Assembly: GCA_038087875.1 (NCBI GenBank) | Contig: CM075988.1 | Span: 26,414,001 to 26,478,000 of the forward strand | From: Malacoraja senta | Lineage: Eukaryota | Direction: 5' to 3' | DNA length: 64,000 nucleotides | Shown: positions 25,905 to 37,155 of the stretch, in pieces | Layout: each line of letters opens with the position of its first letter | Position numbering within the stretch: position 1 is the first letter of the stretch | Program-made: the position numbers and the translations under genes | Notes under the pieces: model-generated | The model's database searches: none | What the model saw: only the letters and a program-made list of their open reading frames with translations | Told to the model about the DNA's origin: nothing

Positions 25905-26646
25905 TACCAGGGAAAGACCTAGTGACGGCCTGGAGAGACTGCTGACCGGAGGGAATAGACCCCACCGGGGCTGGCATGGGCTAGCTCCTCATGCCAGCAG
26001 GATCCATTGCTAATCAGCGTTTTGGATCCACCCTTATATTGCTACGGAAGGAATCGACTATGAATAAGAGAACTAGCACAGCAATTGACAGAGCAGCAGC
26101 CCCCGGCAGGACATAAGCTAAGAAGCTGCATCTGTGGCTGGGAAAAGATAACATCAGAGAAGGGTCTCAAGATCCACCAGGGCAGTGAAAAGTGCCTGAG
26201 AGAGCTTGGTGAGGGGCCTCGCATTGACCATTACTTTCTAAGAGGTAGGCCAAATCAGTCGAGTGAAGCCCAGTGGCAGGTTAACCACCACAGTCCACAG
26301 GGTATCAGCACCCCAAGCGAAGCTCAACCAAGTACTGTCCCACCAACGGACACGAGTCCAGAGTCCAACCAGCCACAGTCAGCGGTAGAGTGGAAGATGG
26401 AAGGAAAAAAGCAGAATGGAGCAGTCACTGGCTGTGGCTGAAGAGAAAAGATGCTGTCTGGGCTGCCATGTGACCATCTAGAGGCTAACCATAAGACACA
26501 CACCCAGGGCTGATCACCCTGCGGAGGGCCTGCCTCAACTGAGGGTGTCTTGTGATAAAAGGCCGAAACACCCAGTGACGTTGAGGTACACAACTGAAGA
26601 TGTGTCTTGGATCCACCCTGTCTTAGACACAACTGAAGATGTGTCT
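25905..26646 (+). mobile_element. HERO/NeSL-like (restriction-like endonuclease clade) non-LTR element, internally deleted
   Basis: An N-terminal zinc-finger-like CICG...GLKIHQG..KC is joined to the C-terminal SHWLWLKRKDAVWAAM* and a structured 3' UTR. Clade assignment is from memory of the family. Confidence 0.6.
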
Positions 26647-27738
26647 GATTGGTAGCAAAATCACCTAGTGGTCATCCCCAAGAATACCAGGTGTCAGTTG
26701 TGGTGAAAAACCTTAAGGATTGTAACATCCAGTCCCACTAATCAATTTACCCGCAAAATAGCAACCACAAACGCCAGTGAACATAATTTACTTTGAAGGC
26801 GAATTCTCCCAGATATTAATCTTCAAATAAGTAAAACCATAACTTTTCAAATCTCTCTTGATGCCCATTTACACTCATACAATAAAGTAGTACAAATTGA
26901 ATTAACATCACAGGCAAGGCAACACATACAAAGATAAGAATTTGCCACTGCAAGGAATAAAATAACTGCTTCACCTTTTAAATGCGAAGTTCAGCATATC
27001 CCTGACAGCCCTCAATAATTCCTACAGATGCACTGTAGAAAGCATATCGGGATGCATCACGGCATGGTTTGGTTAACAGCTCTATCGAAGACAGCAAGAA
27101 ATTGCAGAGAAATGTGGACGACATAGTCCATCACGCAACCCAACTCCCTTCCATTGACTCCATATATACCATCCTGCATCGGCAAGGCCAGCAGCATAAT
27201 CAAGGACCAGTCTCACTCCGGTCACTCTCTCTCTTCTGCCCTCTCCCAGGACGTACAGATGTTTGTAAACGTATGCCTCCAGATTCAGAGACAGCTTCTT
27301 CCCAGGCAACTGAACCATCCTATCACCAGCTAGAGTGTGGTCCTGACCTTTCATCTACTTCATTCCAGATCTTTGAACTAACTTTAATCAGATTTCATCT
27401 TACACAAAATATTGTACGCTGTATCCTTTATCTGTACACTGTGGAAGGCTTGATTGTAATCATGTATTGTGTTTTCTTTGACTGGATAGCAAGCAACAAA
27501 AAGGTTTTCACTGTACCTCGGCACACGTGACAATAATAATCTAAAATAAACTAAATCCACTTGGGAAATGAGAGAGGAGGCCATTTAAAACTGGATCAGG
27601 GAATCTAACTATGAGTGGTTTACACGCAGAGTACTCAATACCCAATACTGATCAGTGGTGTAAAAATCAAATCAAAACACGTTGTCACATATTTCCACAG
27701 AAAAGGTTCTATGGAACATCCATGGATGTAAGACTTAC

Positions 27739-27948
27739 TGGCAAATATTGTGGATGTTTCTTCAGTGTATGATCAAAAATAAGATAATAGCTCAACATTC
27801 CAAAGAACAGATATATAGCGGTGGCTCCCAGGTTGGTTACAATGAGGAGGCTAATTATCTGACGTAGAGCGCCACCCTCTGGCCAGGTGCTGGGATACAC
27901 ATACGGTGTGAAAACGTGGTCATCTGCGCAGCGTAGTACAATGTCCAT
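27739..27948 (-). CDS. SC5D: SC5D coding exon 1 (210 bp, start codon)
   Basis: MDIVLRCADDHVFTPYVYPSTWPE...FDHTLKKHPQYLP; ACCATGG Kozak context, acceptor at 27957-27958, GTAAGT donor. The joined CDS is 873 bp (290 aa). Confidence 0.96.
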
Positions 27949-28044
27949 GGTAGAACCTGCCAATAAAGAGAAGAGGTTGTAGTAGTTCATCACAAATGAC
28001 GATTGCAAGTCTACCGTCTGTTTCAGAGCTACATTCACGGAATA

Positions 28045-28960
28045 CTTGAGTCCTTGTTATATTCCTGAGGGGGATATGTAAAGTTAATGTGTGAATTCAA
28101 ATGGTGTGTTTATAACTGTTGCATGTGGGCTGTCCTGCTTAATAAACCACTGCACAATGTCATGCATTGGCTTGGACAGACACACAATAGCCACAGACTG
28201 GTCTCATCTGAAGGATTACCTTTAAAACATTAACAATTTTAAAAGAATGGCAACCATGCATCAATTACAGCTGCCCCGAGGCTGCCTGAGGATTTTCTCA
28301 CAGTAGGACAATCTATTTATTATGGTCATTTATACAAACTGACAATTTTAAAATGATGTTAGGTGATGTACATTGAATGTTACCCAACTTAGTGTAGTTA
28401 CTTTGCATGATAGATCCCAAACATTGACCAGATGGCAACACCTTTATTATCAGACCAGTAACCCTGAAATAATCATTCAGATCCCACTATTATAGATATG
28501 GTACCTACTGTAGATTCACTAAATCTGAAAACAAGTCACATTAAAAGTGATTATGTAACCACAGCTCTCACAAAGCTAATACTTTGATCTCAATCCAACA
28601 CCCACTGCAATATGTTAAAGAAGGAACTGCAGATGCTGGAAAATCGAAGGTACACAAAAATGCTGGAGAAACTCAGCGGGTGCAGCAGCATCTATGGAGC
28701 GAAGGAAATAGGCAACGTTTCGGGCCGAAACTCTTCTTCAGACTGAAGAAGGGTTTTGGCCCGAAACGTTGCCTATTTCCTTCGCTCCATAGATGCTGCT
28801 GCACCCGCTGAGTTTCTCCAGCATTTTTGTGTAACCACTGCAATATGGTTGACTCTTAAAAGCTTTTGAAAGAACCCTTCAACCGATAATTATAAACACA
28901 CCATTTGAATTCACACATTAACTTTACATATCCCCCTCAGGAATATAACAAGGACTCAAG
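28045..28960. repeat. 71-bp perfect inverted repeat pair (28045-28115 / 28890-28960)
   Basis: CTTGAGTCCTTGTTATATTCC...GGTGTGTTTATAA and its reverse complement. Confidence 0.9.
28615..28834. mobile_element. Penelope-derived palindromic mini-element with 13-bp TSD
   Basis: Head-to-head PLE termini centred at ~28741, flanked by CCACTGCAATATG on both sides. Confidence 0.8.
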
Positions 28961-31044
28961 CACCATCACCCATACCTCTGATTGAGCATGGGAAACCTTG
29001 GCCAGACTGGTCTAGTGGCAGGTGAAGAAAAACCCAACACGAGGATAAACCCCCTTGACATCATCCACACTAATATACTTACTGTCGATACATCTCTTGT
29101 GACAACATTGGTAGGAACAACAACCATAATCTTCGCAGAGTCAGAGTCTATATTCACACTGAAGATACCTGCCATATATGGAGCTAAATCGGATTTAGCT
29201 CCATATATATTCTACCAGTAATGTCATCATTACCGGTAGAATATAGTTCATCATGAGCTGCACTCTCCACCAATACAGTCAAGACAAGGAGCACAAGAAA
29301 CTTCTATCAAGAGTAGCGATGAACTTGTCTGATGCATCACTGATACAACCACAAGAGTAAATCAGAGATTCAATGTTCTGTACTGCAACTTGTGGGATCC
29401 ATTTCCAAAACATAAGCTAAAGCTATGATGGAATTTTGCACTTAGTCTGTTTGATGCAATTCTTGCACTACTAACACACCTCAATACTGGAACAAGTCAA
29501 CCCACTTCATTGGCAGCCTACGCACCAGCTTAAACACAAGAACTGCAGTTACAACAAAATAAACATGGTTAAAATTCATTGAGGAATAAAATATTGGACA
29601 GAACATCATAAAAGTTTGCAACAAAAACTTGCATTGTTACAACTTATATAAAATGTAGTAAACTGTCCTAAAATGGGTTTATTCATCAAACATAGTGAAA
29701 GCACAGGAAGCAGATAATTGGTTTACAATGCTTACACTGACTCTTTCAAAAGGGCTCTGCAATTAATTCCAGTCCTCTACTTCTCCCTTACCATTATGGC
29801 TCAATTGGTACACTCACATCCGACGTCAATAGATCATGGGTTCAACCCTCTCCGAAGGCGGATGTTCTAAATCTATCATCTCAGTGCTACACCGAGGGCA
29901 AAATTAAACTGGGGTCTCATTTCCTTACCACACAGTAGGATGCCATATCTGCCCATCGAGTACGTGCTGGCTCAGAGCTATCTCACTAATTATCCCTGTA
30001 GTATATTCTCCCCACATTCCCTCAAATTACCCCTAGATCCTACCACTCACCTTCACACATCAGGCTATTTACACTGGCCAAATAACCTGTCAATGTGCAC
30101 ATCTGTGGAATGTGGGAGGAAACCAGCACACCCTCGGGAAACCTTTCACTCACAGAGACAATATGCACACTGTGCACACACAGCTCCAATGTCAGGTGTG
30201 AATCCAGGTCACTGGAACTGCAAGGCCGCAGCTCTCTCATCTACATTATTAAGCACTCTCATCACTGTCCAGGCTGCCAAACGATCCCAACCCACTGTTT
30301 TGACGAGAATAGCCCATGTAATGTTCTTTGTGAAAAATGTATTCATATCTCCTGTAAATTTCTCCCCATTCACCTAAAGCATCTAGTTTTAGAATCTTCC
30401 ACCTTGGGAAAATACTGTGATTATATATCATATAGTTTAGTTTAGAGATTCAGCACAGAAGCAGGCCCTTTGGCCCACTGAGTCCATGCTGACCATCGAT
30501 CATCCATTGAATGTTATCCCACTTTCGCATTTCACTCCCTACACACCAGGGGCAATTTACTGAGGACCAATTAACCTACAAACCCGCACGTCTTTGGGAT
30601 GTGGGAGGAAACCAGAGCACCCGAAGGAAACCCATTCAGTCACAGGAAGAACATGCAAATTCTACACAGAGAGTACCCAAGGTCAGGGTCGAAGGCGGGT
30701 GTCACACTGTGACGCAGCAGCTCTACCCGCTGTGCCACCTTATGCCCCTCATAACTTTATAAACCTCTAAGAGGTCACCCCTCAGCCTTCGGTTTAAACC
30801 AGCATCTGCAGTTCCTTCCTACACACCCCTCAGCCTGCATTCTAGTGAGAATAAACCCTGCCTATCAAAGCTCTCCGTATAAACAGAGCCCTTCATTCCA
30901 GGCAACATCCAAATGAATCTCTTCTGCACTCTCGCCATTGCGACCAACAAAACTGTACAAAATACCCCAAGTGCAGCCTGACCAATGATCTGCACAGCTG
31001 CAACATGATACCCCAACTCACATACTGAATGCATTGGCCTATGA

Positions 31045-31975
31045 AGACAAGTATGACACAAAGCTGGGTGGCAGTGTGAACTATGAAGAGGATGTTAGGA
31101 GGTTGCAGGGTGACCTGGACAGGTTGAGTGTGTGGGTAGATGCGTGGCAGATGCAGTATAATGTAGATAAATGTGAGGTTATCCACTTTGGCGGCAAAAA
31201 CAAGGGGGCAGATTATTATCTCAATGAGGTTAGGTTAGGTAAGGGGGAGGTGCAGCGAGACCTGGGTGTCCTTGTACACCAGTCACTGAAAGTTGGAGTG
31301 CAGGTACAGCAGGCAGTGAAGAAAGCTAATGGAATGTTGGCCTTCATAACAAGAGGATTTCAGTATAGGAGTAAAGAGGTTCTTCTGCAGTTGTATAGGG
31401 CTCTGGTGAGACCACATCTGGAGTATTGTGTACAGTTTTGGTCTCCTTATTTGAGGAAGGACATCCTTGTGATTGAGGCAGTGCAGCGTAGGTTCACGAG
31501 ATTGATCCCTGGGATGGTGGGACTGTCATATGAGGAAAGTTGAAAAGACTAGGCTTGTATTCACTGGAGTTTAGAAGGATGAGGGGGAGATCTTATAGAA
31601 ACATATAAAATTATAAAAGGACTGGACAAGCTAGACGCAGGAAAAACGTTCCCAATGTTGGGCTAGTCCAGAACTAGGGGGCCACAGTCTTAGAATAAAG
31701 GGGAGGCCATTTAAGATTGAGGTGAGAAAAAACATTTTCACCCAGAGAGTTGTGAATTTGTGCAATTCCCTGCCACAGAGGGCAGTGGAGGCCAAATCAC
31801 TGGATGGATTTAAGAGAGTTAGATAGAGCTCTAGGGGCTAGTGGAATCAAGGGATATGGGGAGAAGGCAGGCACGGGTTATTGATTGGGGACGATCAGCC
31901 ATGATCACAATGAATGGCGGTGCTGGCTCGAAGGGCCGAATGGCCTCCTCCTGCACCTATTTTCTATGTTTCTAT
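31045..31975 (+). mobile_element. CR1 LINE 3' fragment, nested in an older CR1
   Basis: DTKLGG...WQMQYNVDKC...[13 protein letters not shown]; (TTTCTATG) tail. Confidence 0.9.
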
Positions 31976-32968
31976 GCCAAATGCCTTCTTCACTGCTCTA
32001 TCCACCCATGTTGCCATTTCCAGGGATCAATAAACTTGGATCCGAAGGTCACTCTTTATTTCCACACTCCTGAGACTCCTGGCATGTATTGCTCTTGTCC
32101 TGTAAGCATTTGATATCTCTCCTCCCCCCCCCCACCCCACCCCACTCTCCTCCCTTCTTCCCTCCCCCCTCCAAATCCAACAAAAACAAAATATGGTACC
32201 TTTCCTGACAAAGAGGAGAGAAAAGGAAAATGAAGAATTGCATATCTATCGTACCTTATAGGTTGAAGATCCTGAACTGGGAAGCGGGAAGTCTTGATCC
32301 CTGTTCTGATAAAGGGTCTTCGACCCAAAATGCTTCTTTCCACAAATGCTGCTTGCCCTGCTGAGGGAGGGATTCCTGTATTTTCTGTTTTTTTATGCCA
32401 TATCGTACCTTTAAAGTAAAGCAGTTTACATGTTAAGCTACAAGCTCCCAAAAGCAGTAATGTGATAACCACGTTATTAATTGTCGCATTGATCAACAGA
32501 CACATAATAACCAAAACACCTTGCACGTCGCTAATGCAAAGGAAACAAAACTGCTGTCGAATCCCACACCAAGTACCCAATTTGTTGCAAACACGGAATT
32601 CGCTGGAAAAGCTCATCAGGTCACCATATTGTGTGGTGCTGCTGTAAGGAAGAATGTCATTGTTCTGGGTACACAAAAATGCTGGAGAAACTCAGCGGGT
32701 GCAGCAGCATCTATGGAGCGAAGGAAATAGGTAACGTTTCGGGCCGAAACCCTTCTTCAGAATGTCATTGTTCTATCTGGGACATGACAATAAAACACTC
32801 TTGACCCTTGAGGTCGGACGGCATCTTCGGAAGAGAAGAATGTTTCGGATCTGCGACCACCCTTCGCTAGATGGGGAAGAGAGCGCTGCGAGTTAGTATT
32901 CGGGGGGGGAAGAGTCTAATCATCTGCAGACTGCTCGGGATATGTTTGACTGGGTATCAGAACATTAC

Positions 32969-33335
32969 CTGGCTCGCTGGGTCCACGGGCCGGTACGAGG
33001 GCTGAGCGCTGTGTCCCGAGGCTGGGTCTGGGGTGTGAGCGCTGGGTCCACGGGCTGGGCTCTGGGGTGTGAGCGCTGGGTCCACGGGCTGGGCTCTGGG
33101 GTGTGAGTGCTGGGTCCCCCGGGGCTGGGTCCACGGGCCGGTGCGAGGGCTGAGCGCTGTGTGTCCCGGGGCTGGGTCTGGGCTCTGGGCGCTGTGTGTC
33201 CCGGGGCTGGGCTCTGGGGTGTGAGTGCTGGGTCCCCCGGGGCTGGGTCCACGGGCCGGTGCGAGGGCTGAGCGCTGTGTGTCCCGGGGCTGGGTCTGGG
33301 CTCTGGGCGCTGTGTGTCCCGGGGCTGGGCTCTGA
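32969..33335 (-). repeat. GC-rich minisatellite within the probable non-coding first exon of SC5D
   Basis: Nested units, including a ~118-bp unit present twice. Minus-strand donor CCAG|GTAATG at 32969/32968, just downstream of the CCAAT cluster. Confidence 0.65.
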
Positions 33336-33560
33336 TAGGGCGGAGCCGGCGACTGACTGACTGCCTGCCAGTTGCAGCAGCCAATCGCAGGCGGCCGTGT
33401 GACCCCCCCGCCTCCTCTGGAGGGGCCGGGACAGCCAATTGGCGGAGGGGGCAGGGATGCGGCGGGCCAATCACACACTCTGCGTCAGCTCAGCTGCGGC
33501 TGCCATTGGCCGAGCAGTCGTCTGACCAATGACATCAGGATAGCGCCACCCGCGGCGCTC
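33335..33560 (-). promoter_or_regulatory. SC5D: SC5D CpG-island promoter with CCAAT boxes and an SRE-like site
   Basis: CCAAT/ATTGG at 33381, 33435, 33467, 33505 and 33526; ATCACACAC at 33470; GC box at 33338; CRE-like TGCGTCA and TGACATCA. Confidence 0.75.
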
Positions 33561-33564
33561 TTCA

Positions 33565-34692
33565 AGCACTGGGACAGGGGGCACTGGGACAGTGGTGGTG
33601 GGGGCACTGGGACAGGGGGCACTGGGACAGTGGCGGTGGGGGCACTGGGACAGGGGGCACTGGGACAGTGGCGGTGGGGGCACTGGGACAGGGGGCACTG
33701 GGACAGTGGCGGTGGGGGCACTGGGACAGGGGGCACTGGGACAGTGGCGGTGGGGGCACTGGGACAGGGGGCACTGGGACAGTGGCGGTGGGGGCACTGG
33801 GACAGTGGCGGTGGGGGCACTGGGACAGGGGGCACTGGGACAGTGGCGGTGGGGGCACTGGGACAGGGGGCACTGGGACAGTGGCGGTGGGGGCACTGGG
33901 ACAGGGGGCACTGGGACAGTGGCGGTGGGGGCACTGGGACAGTGGCGGTGGGGGCACTGGGACAGGGGGCACTGGACAGTGGCGGTGGGGGCACTGGGAC
34001 AGGGGGCACTGGGACAGTGGCGGTGGGGGCACTGGGACAGGGGGCACTGGGACAGTGGCGGTGGGGGCACTGGGACAGTGGCGGTGGGGGCACTGGGACA
34101 GGGGGCACTGGGACAGTGGCGGTGGGGGCACTGGGACAGTGGCGGTGGGGGCACAGGGACAGTGGCGGTGGCGGCATTGGGACAGGGGGCACTGGGACAG
34201 TGGCGGTGGCGGCATTGGGACAGTGGCGGTGGGGGCACTGGGACAGTGGCGGTGGGGGCACAGGGACAGTGGCGGTGGCGGCATTGGGACAGTGGCGGTG
34301 GGGGCACTGGGACAGTGGCGGTGGGGGCACTGGGACAGGGGGCACTGGGACAGTGGCGGTGGGGGCACTGGGACAGTGGCGGTGGGGGCACTGAGACAGT
34401 GGCGGTGGGGGCACTGGGACAGTGGCGGTGGTGGCATTGGGACAGGAGGCACTGGGACAGTGGCGGTGGGGGCACTGGGACGGGGCACTGGGACAGTGGC
34501 GGTGGGGGCACTGGGACAGTGGCGGTGGGGGCAGTGGGACAGGGGGCACTGGGACAGTGGCGGTGGCGGCATTGGGACAGGAGGCACTGGGACAGTGGCG
34601 GTGGGGGCACTGGGACGGGGCACTGGGACAGTGGCGGTGGGGGCACTGGGACAGTGGCAGTGGCGGCACTGGGACAGGAGGCACTGGGACAG
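33565..34692. repeat. G-rich minisatellite (GGGGGCACTGGGACA / GGGGGCACTGGGACAGTGGCGGT units)
   Basis: Direct observation; ~1.1 kb of alternating 15- and 23-bp units. Confidence 0.97.
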
Positions 34693-35006
34693 GTAAATGG
34701 TAGCAAATTGAGGAATGCAGTTGAACAGAGGGATCTAGGAATAACTGTGCATAGTTCCCTGAAGGTGGAATCTCATGTAGATAGGGTGGTAAAGAAAGCT
34801 TTTGGTGTGCTGGCCTTTATAAATCAGAGCATTGAGTATAGAAGTTGGGATGTAATGTTAAAATTGTACAATGCATTGGTGAGGCCAATTCTGGAGTATG
34901 GAGTACAATTTTGGTCGCGTAATTATAGGAAAGATGTCAACAAAATAGAGAGAGTACAGAGGAGATTTACGAGAATCTTGCCTGGGTTTTAGCACCTAAG
35001 TTACAG
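34693..35006 (+). mobile_element. CR1 LINE fragment running into the assembly gap
   Basis: EQRDLGITVHSSLK...LVRPILEYGVQFW. Confidence 0.88.
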
Positions 35007-35206
35007 NNNNNNNNNNNNNNNNNNNNNNNNNNNNNNNNNNNNNNNNNNNNNNNNNNNNNNNNNNNNNNNNNNNNNNNNNNNNNNNNNNNNNNNNNNNNNN
35101 NNNNNNNNNNNNNNNNNNNNNNNNNNNNNNNNNNNNNNNNNNNNNNNNNNNNNNNNNNNNNNNNNNNNNNNNNNNNNNNNNNNNNNNNNNNNNNNNNNNN
35201 NNNNNN
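35007..35206. other. Assembly gap (200 N)
   Basis: Run of N. Confidence 1.
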
Positions 35207-36105
35207 CAAGTGCTCCCCCGAGTAAAAAAAAAAAAAAAAAACTCGTGGTAAGCAGGTAGAATGAATGTAGCGGGTACGTTGGAGCTCGGGGACGTCTCTT
35301 AGCGGCTTGTAACGCTAATGGCAGGTACTCGGGAAGACTCGCTAACGGCAGGTAAAAGGCCTGTCTCACGAGTCTGCGGTCATTGGCAGTGATACAGGCA
35401 GTATCTACCGCTCGTGGACCGCCAGAGACCGCGGGTTCGGTCAAACGCACACCGCCGGGGCCGTGCGGCGTTTGTCCCAACACCGCACGGTGCTCACAAA
35501 AAGTCAGCACTGTCCAAAAATAATTTCTTACCGCACAGCCGCCGCCAGTGAGGCATGAGTGCGGCACGGTCACCGCCACAGCCGCCGCCAGTGCGGCACG
35601 AGCGCCGTGAGTCGAACTCACCGCCACAGCCGCCGCCAGTGAGGCACGAGTGCGGCACGGTCACCGCCACAGCCTCCGCCAGTGAGGCACGTGTGCAGCA
35701 CGGGCGCCGCCACAGCGCCGCGATCAGCACTACCGCTGCCACAGCCCCGCTTGTCTTTTATAAAGTGAATTTCTATAACACCGCAAGCTCGTGGGACCGG
35801 CCGTACTGAGATCACTCGGCTCCCGCGCAGCATCCGTGCGGCGCTCCGGCGGCATAGGCTAGGCGCTCTCGCGGTTGACGTGCGGTCCCCTCTTCCGGCG
35901 ACGCCGGGCTTCACCGCCAATGACCGCAACACCGTGAGACAGAGCCTTAAGCTCGGGAAGACTCGTGAAGATTTTTCAACATGTTGAAAAATGTCCACGA
36001 GAGCCCCGAGTACTTACGAGCGGCCATTACCGTAAATCTCCGAGTTCGAATCAGGGCAAACCCGGGGAGAACTCTTGAATGAACTCGTACAGTGGGACAG
36101 GGCTT
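35207..36105. mobile_element. Harbinger-like MITE (right end GTGGGACAGGGC-TTTAA) with a second MITE nested at ~35357-35947
   Basis: The outer terminus resembles the 15689 element's TIR. The inner element has imperfect TIRs (AGGCCTGTCTCACG..TGCGGTCATTGGC / GCCAATGACCGCA..CGTGAGACAGAGCCT) and a TAA duplication. Confidence 0.7.
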
Positions 36106-36224
36106 TAAATGTTCTCTTATATAATGATAAGTTGTAAAGAATATAAGGCATTCGAGAGTTTAGGGCTCTGGCATTTAAATGTATGCCCGTCATTGGGCAT
36201 TTCATTTCAGTTTCTTTTGCTATT

Positions 36225-37155
36225 AGAAACATTTACAATACAATACGATACAATAATACTTTATTAGCCAGGTATGGGGTCAAGGAAAGAGCGTTCACGT
36301 CGCGGCCCTGTTTCCACCAATCTTTCCACCACCACGCACAAGAAGCGCAAGACAGACACCATTGTATGCAGATGCCGAGAAGTGTGTTCAGCTCTTGCTG
36401 AACAACTTCTAATCTTGTGTGTGGACTCGAAAAGAAGAAGACGGGTATGTTTTGCAACTTACAAGGAATGTCATTTGCCAAGTCAGTCATACAAAAGCAA
36501 CGGAACACACAAAATACATTGTAATATAAACATCCACCACAGTGATTCCTCCACATTCCACACTGTGACGGAAGACGAAAAAAATTTAAATCTCTTCCCT
36601 TCTTTGCTCTCCCGCGGTCGGGGGCCTCGAGCCTTCCGTTGACGGGACGATTTTGACTACTGTAGCCGGTGGCGTTTGGGCCCTCCATGTCAGGGCGATC
36701 AGCTCCCACATCGGGGGGATGTCAGCATCCCGGGCCGGATGATCGGACCCCGGGTCGGGGCTTGTCGAACATCTGTGTCGTTGGAGCGCCCGACCCGGCC
36801 TCTCCCGAGAATGTGACATGTCGATGTAAAGTCCGCAGACCGCGGTTGGAGCGATCCCAGGCAAGGGATCAGCCCCGATGTAAGTCCATGCCCCGCGGAG
36901 GGGCTCAAAGTCAGTCCGAGGATGCCTCCAGCTCCACGATGTTAGGCCGCAGAGCGACCGGCGATACGACCCGGAAAACAATCGTATCTCCGGCAAGGTA
37001 AGAGACTGATAAAAAAAAGTTTCCCCCGATCCCCTCTCCCTCCCTCCACATAAAATAAACCAGAGAACATTTAAACAAACTTTTTAATCGCACTAAAAAT
37101 AACGAAAAAAAGACAGACTGTTGGCGGGGCTGCCAATTGTGTGACACCCCTGGTG
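36225..37155 (-). mobile_element. Unclassified CpG-rich non-autonomous retroposon
   Basis: Sharply bounded GC-rich block. On the minus strand it ends in AATAAA plus a (TATTG)n-like tail at ~36235-36265. Confidence 0.5.

Noticed and set aside
33372..34992. Gly/Trp- and Pro/Cys-rich ORFs of 340-466 aa
   Set aside because: Minisatellite open in several frames on both strands; the end of one is a CR1 fragment.
34967..35627. ORFs spanning the N run
   Set aside because: Artefact of translating the assembly gap.
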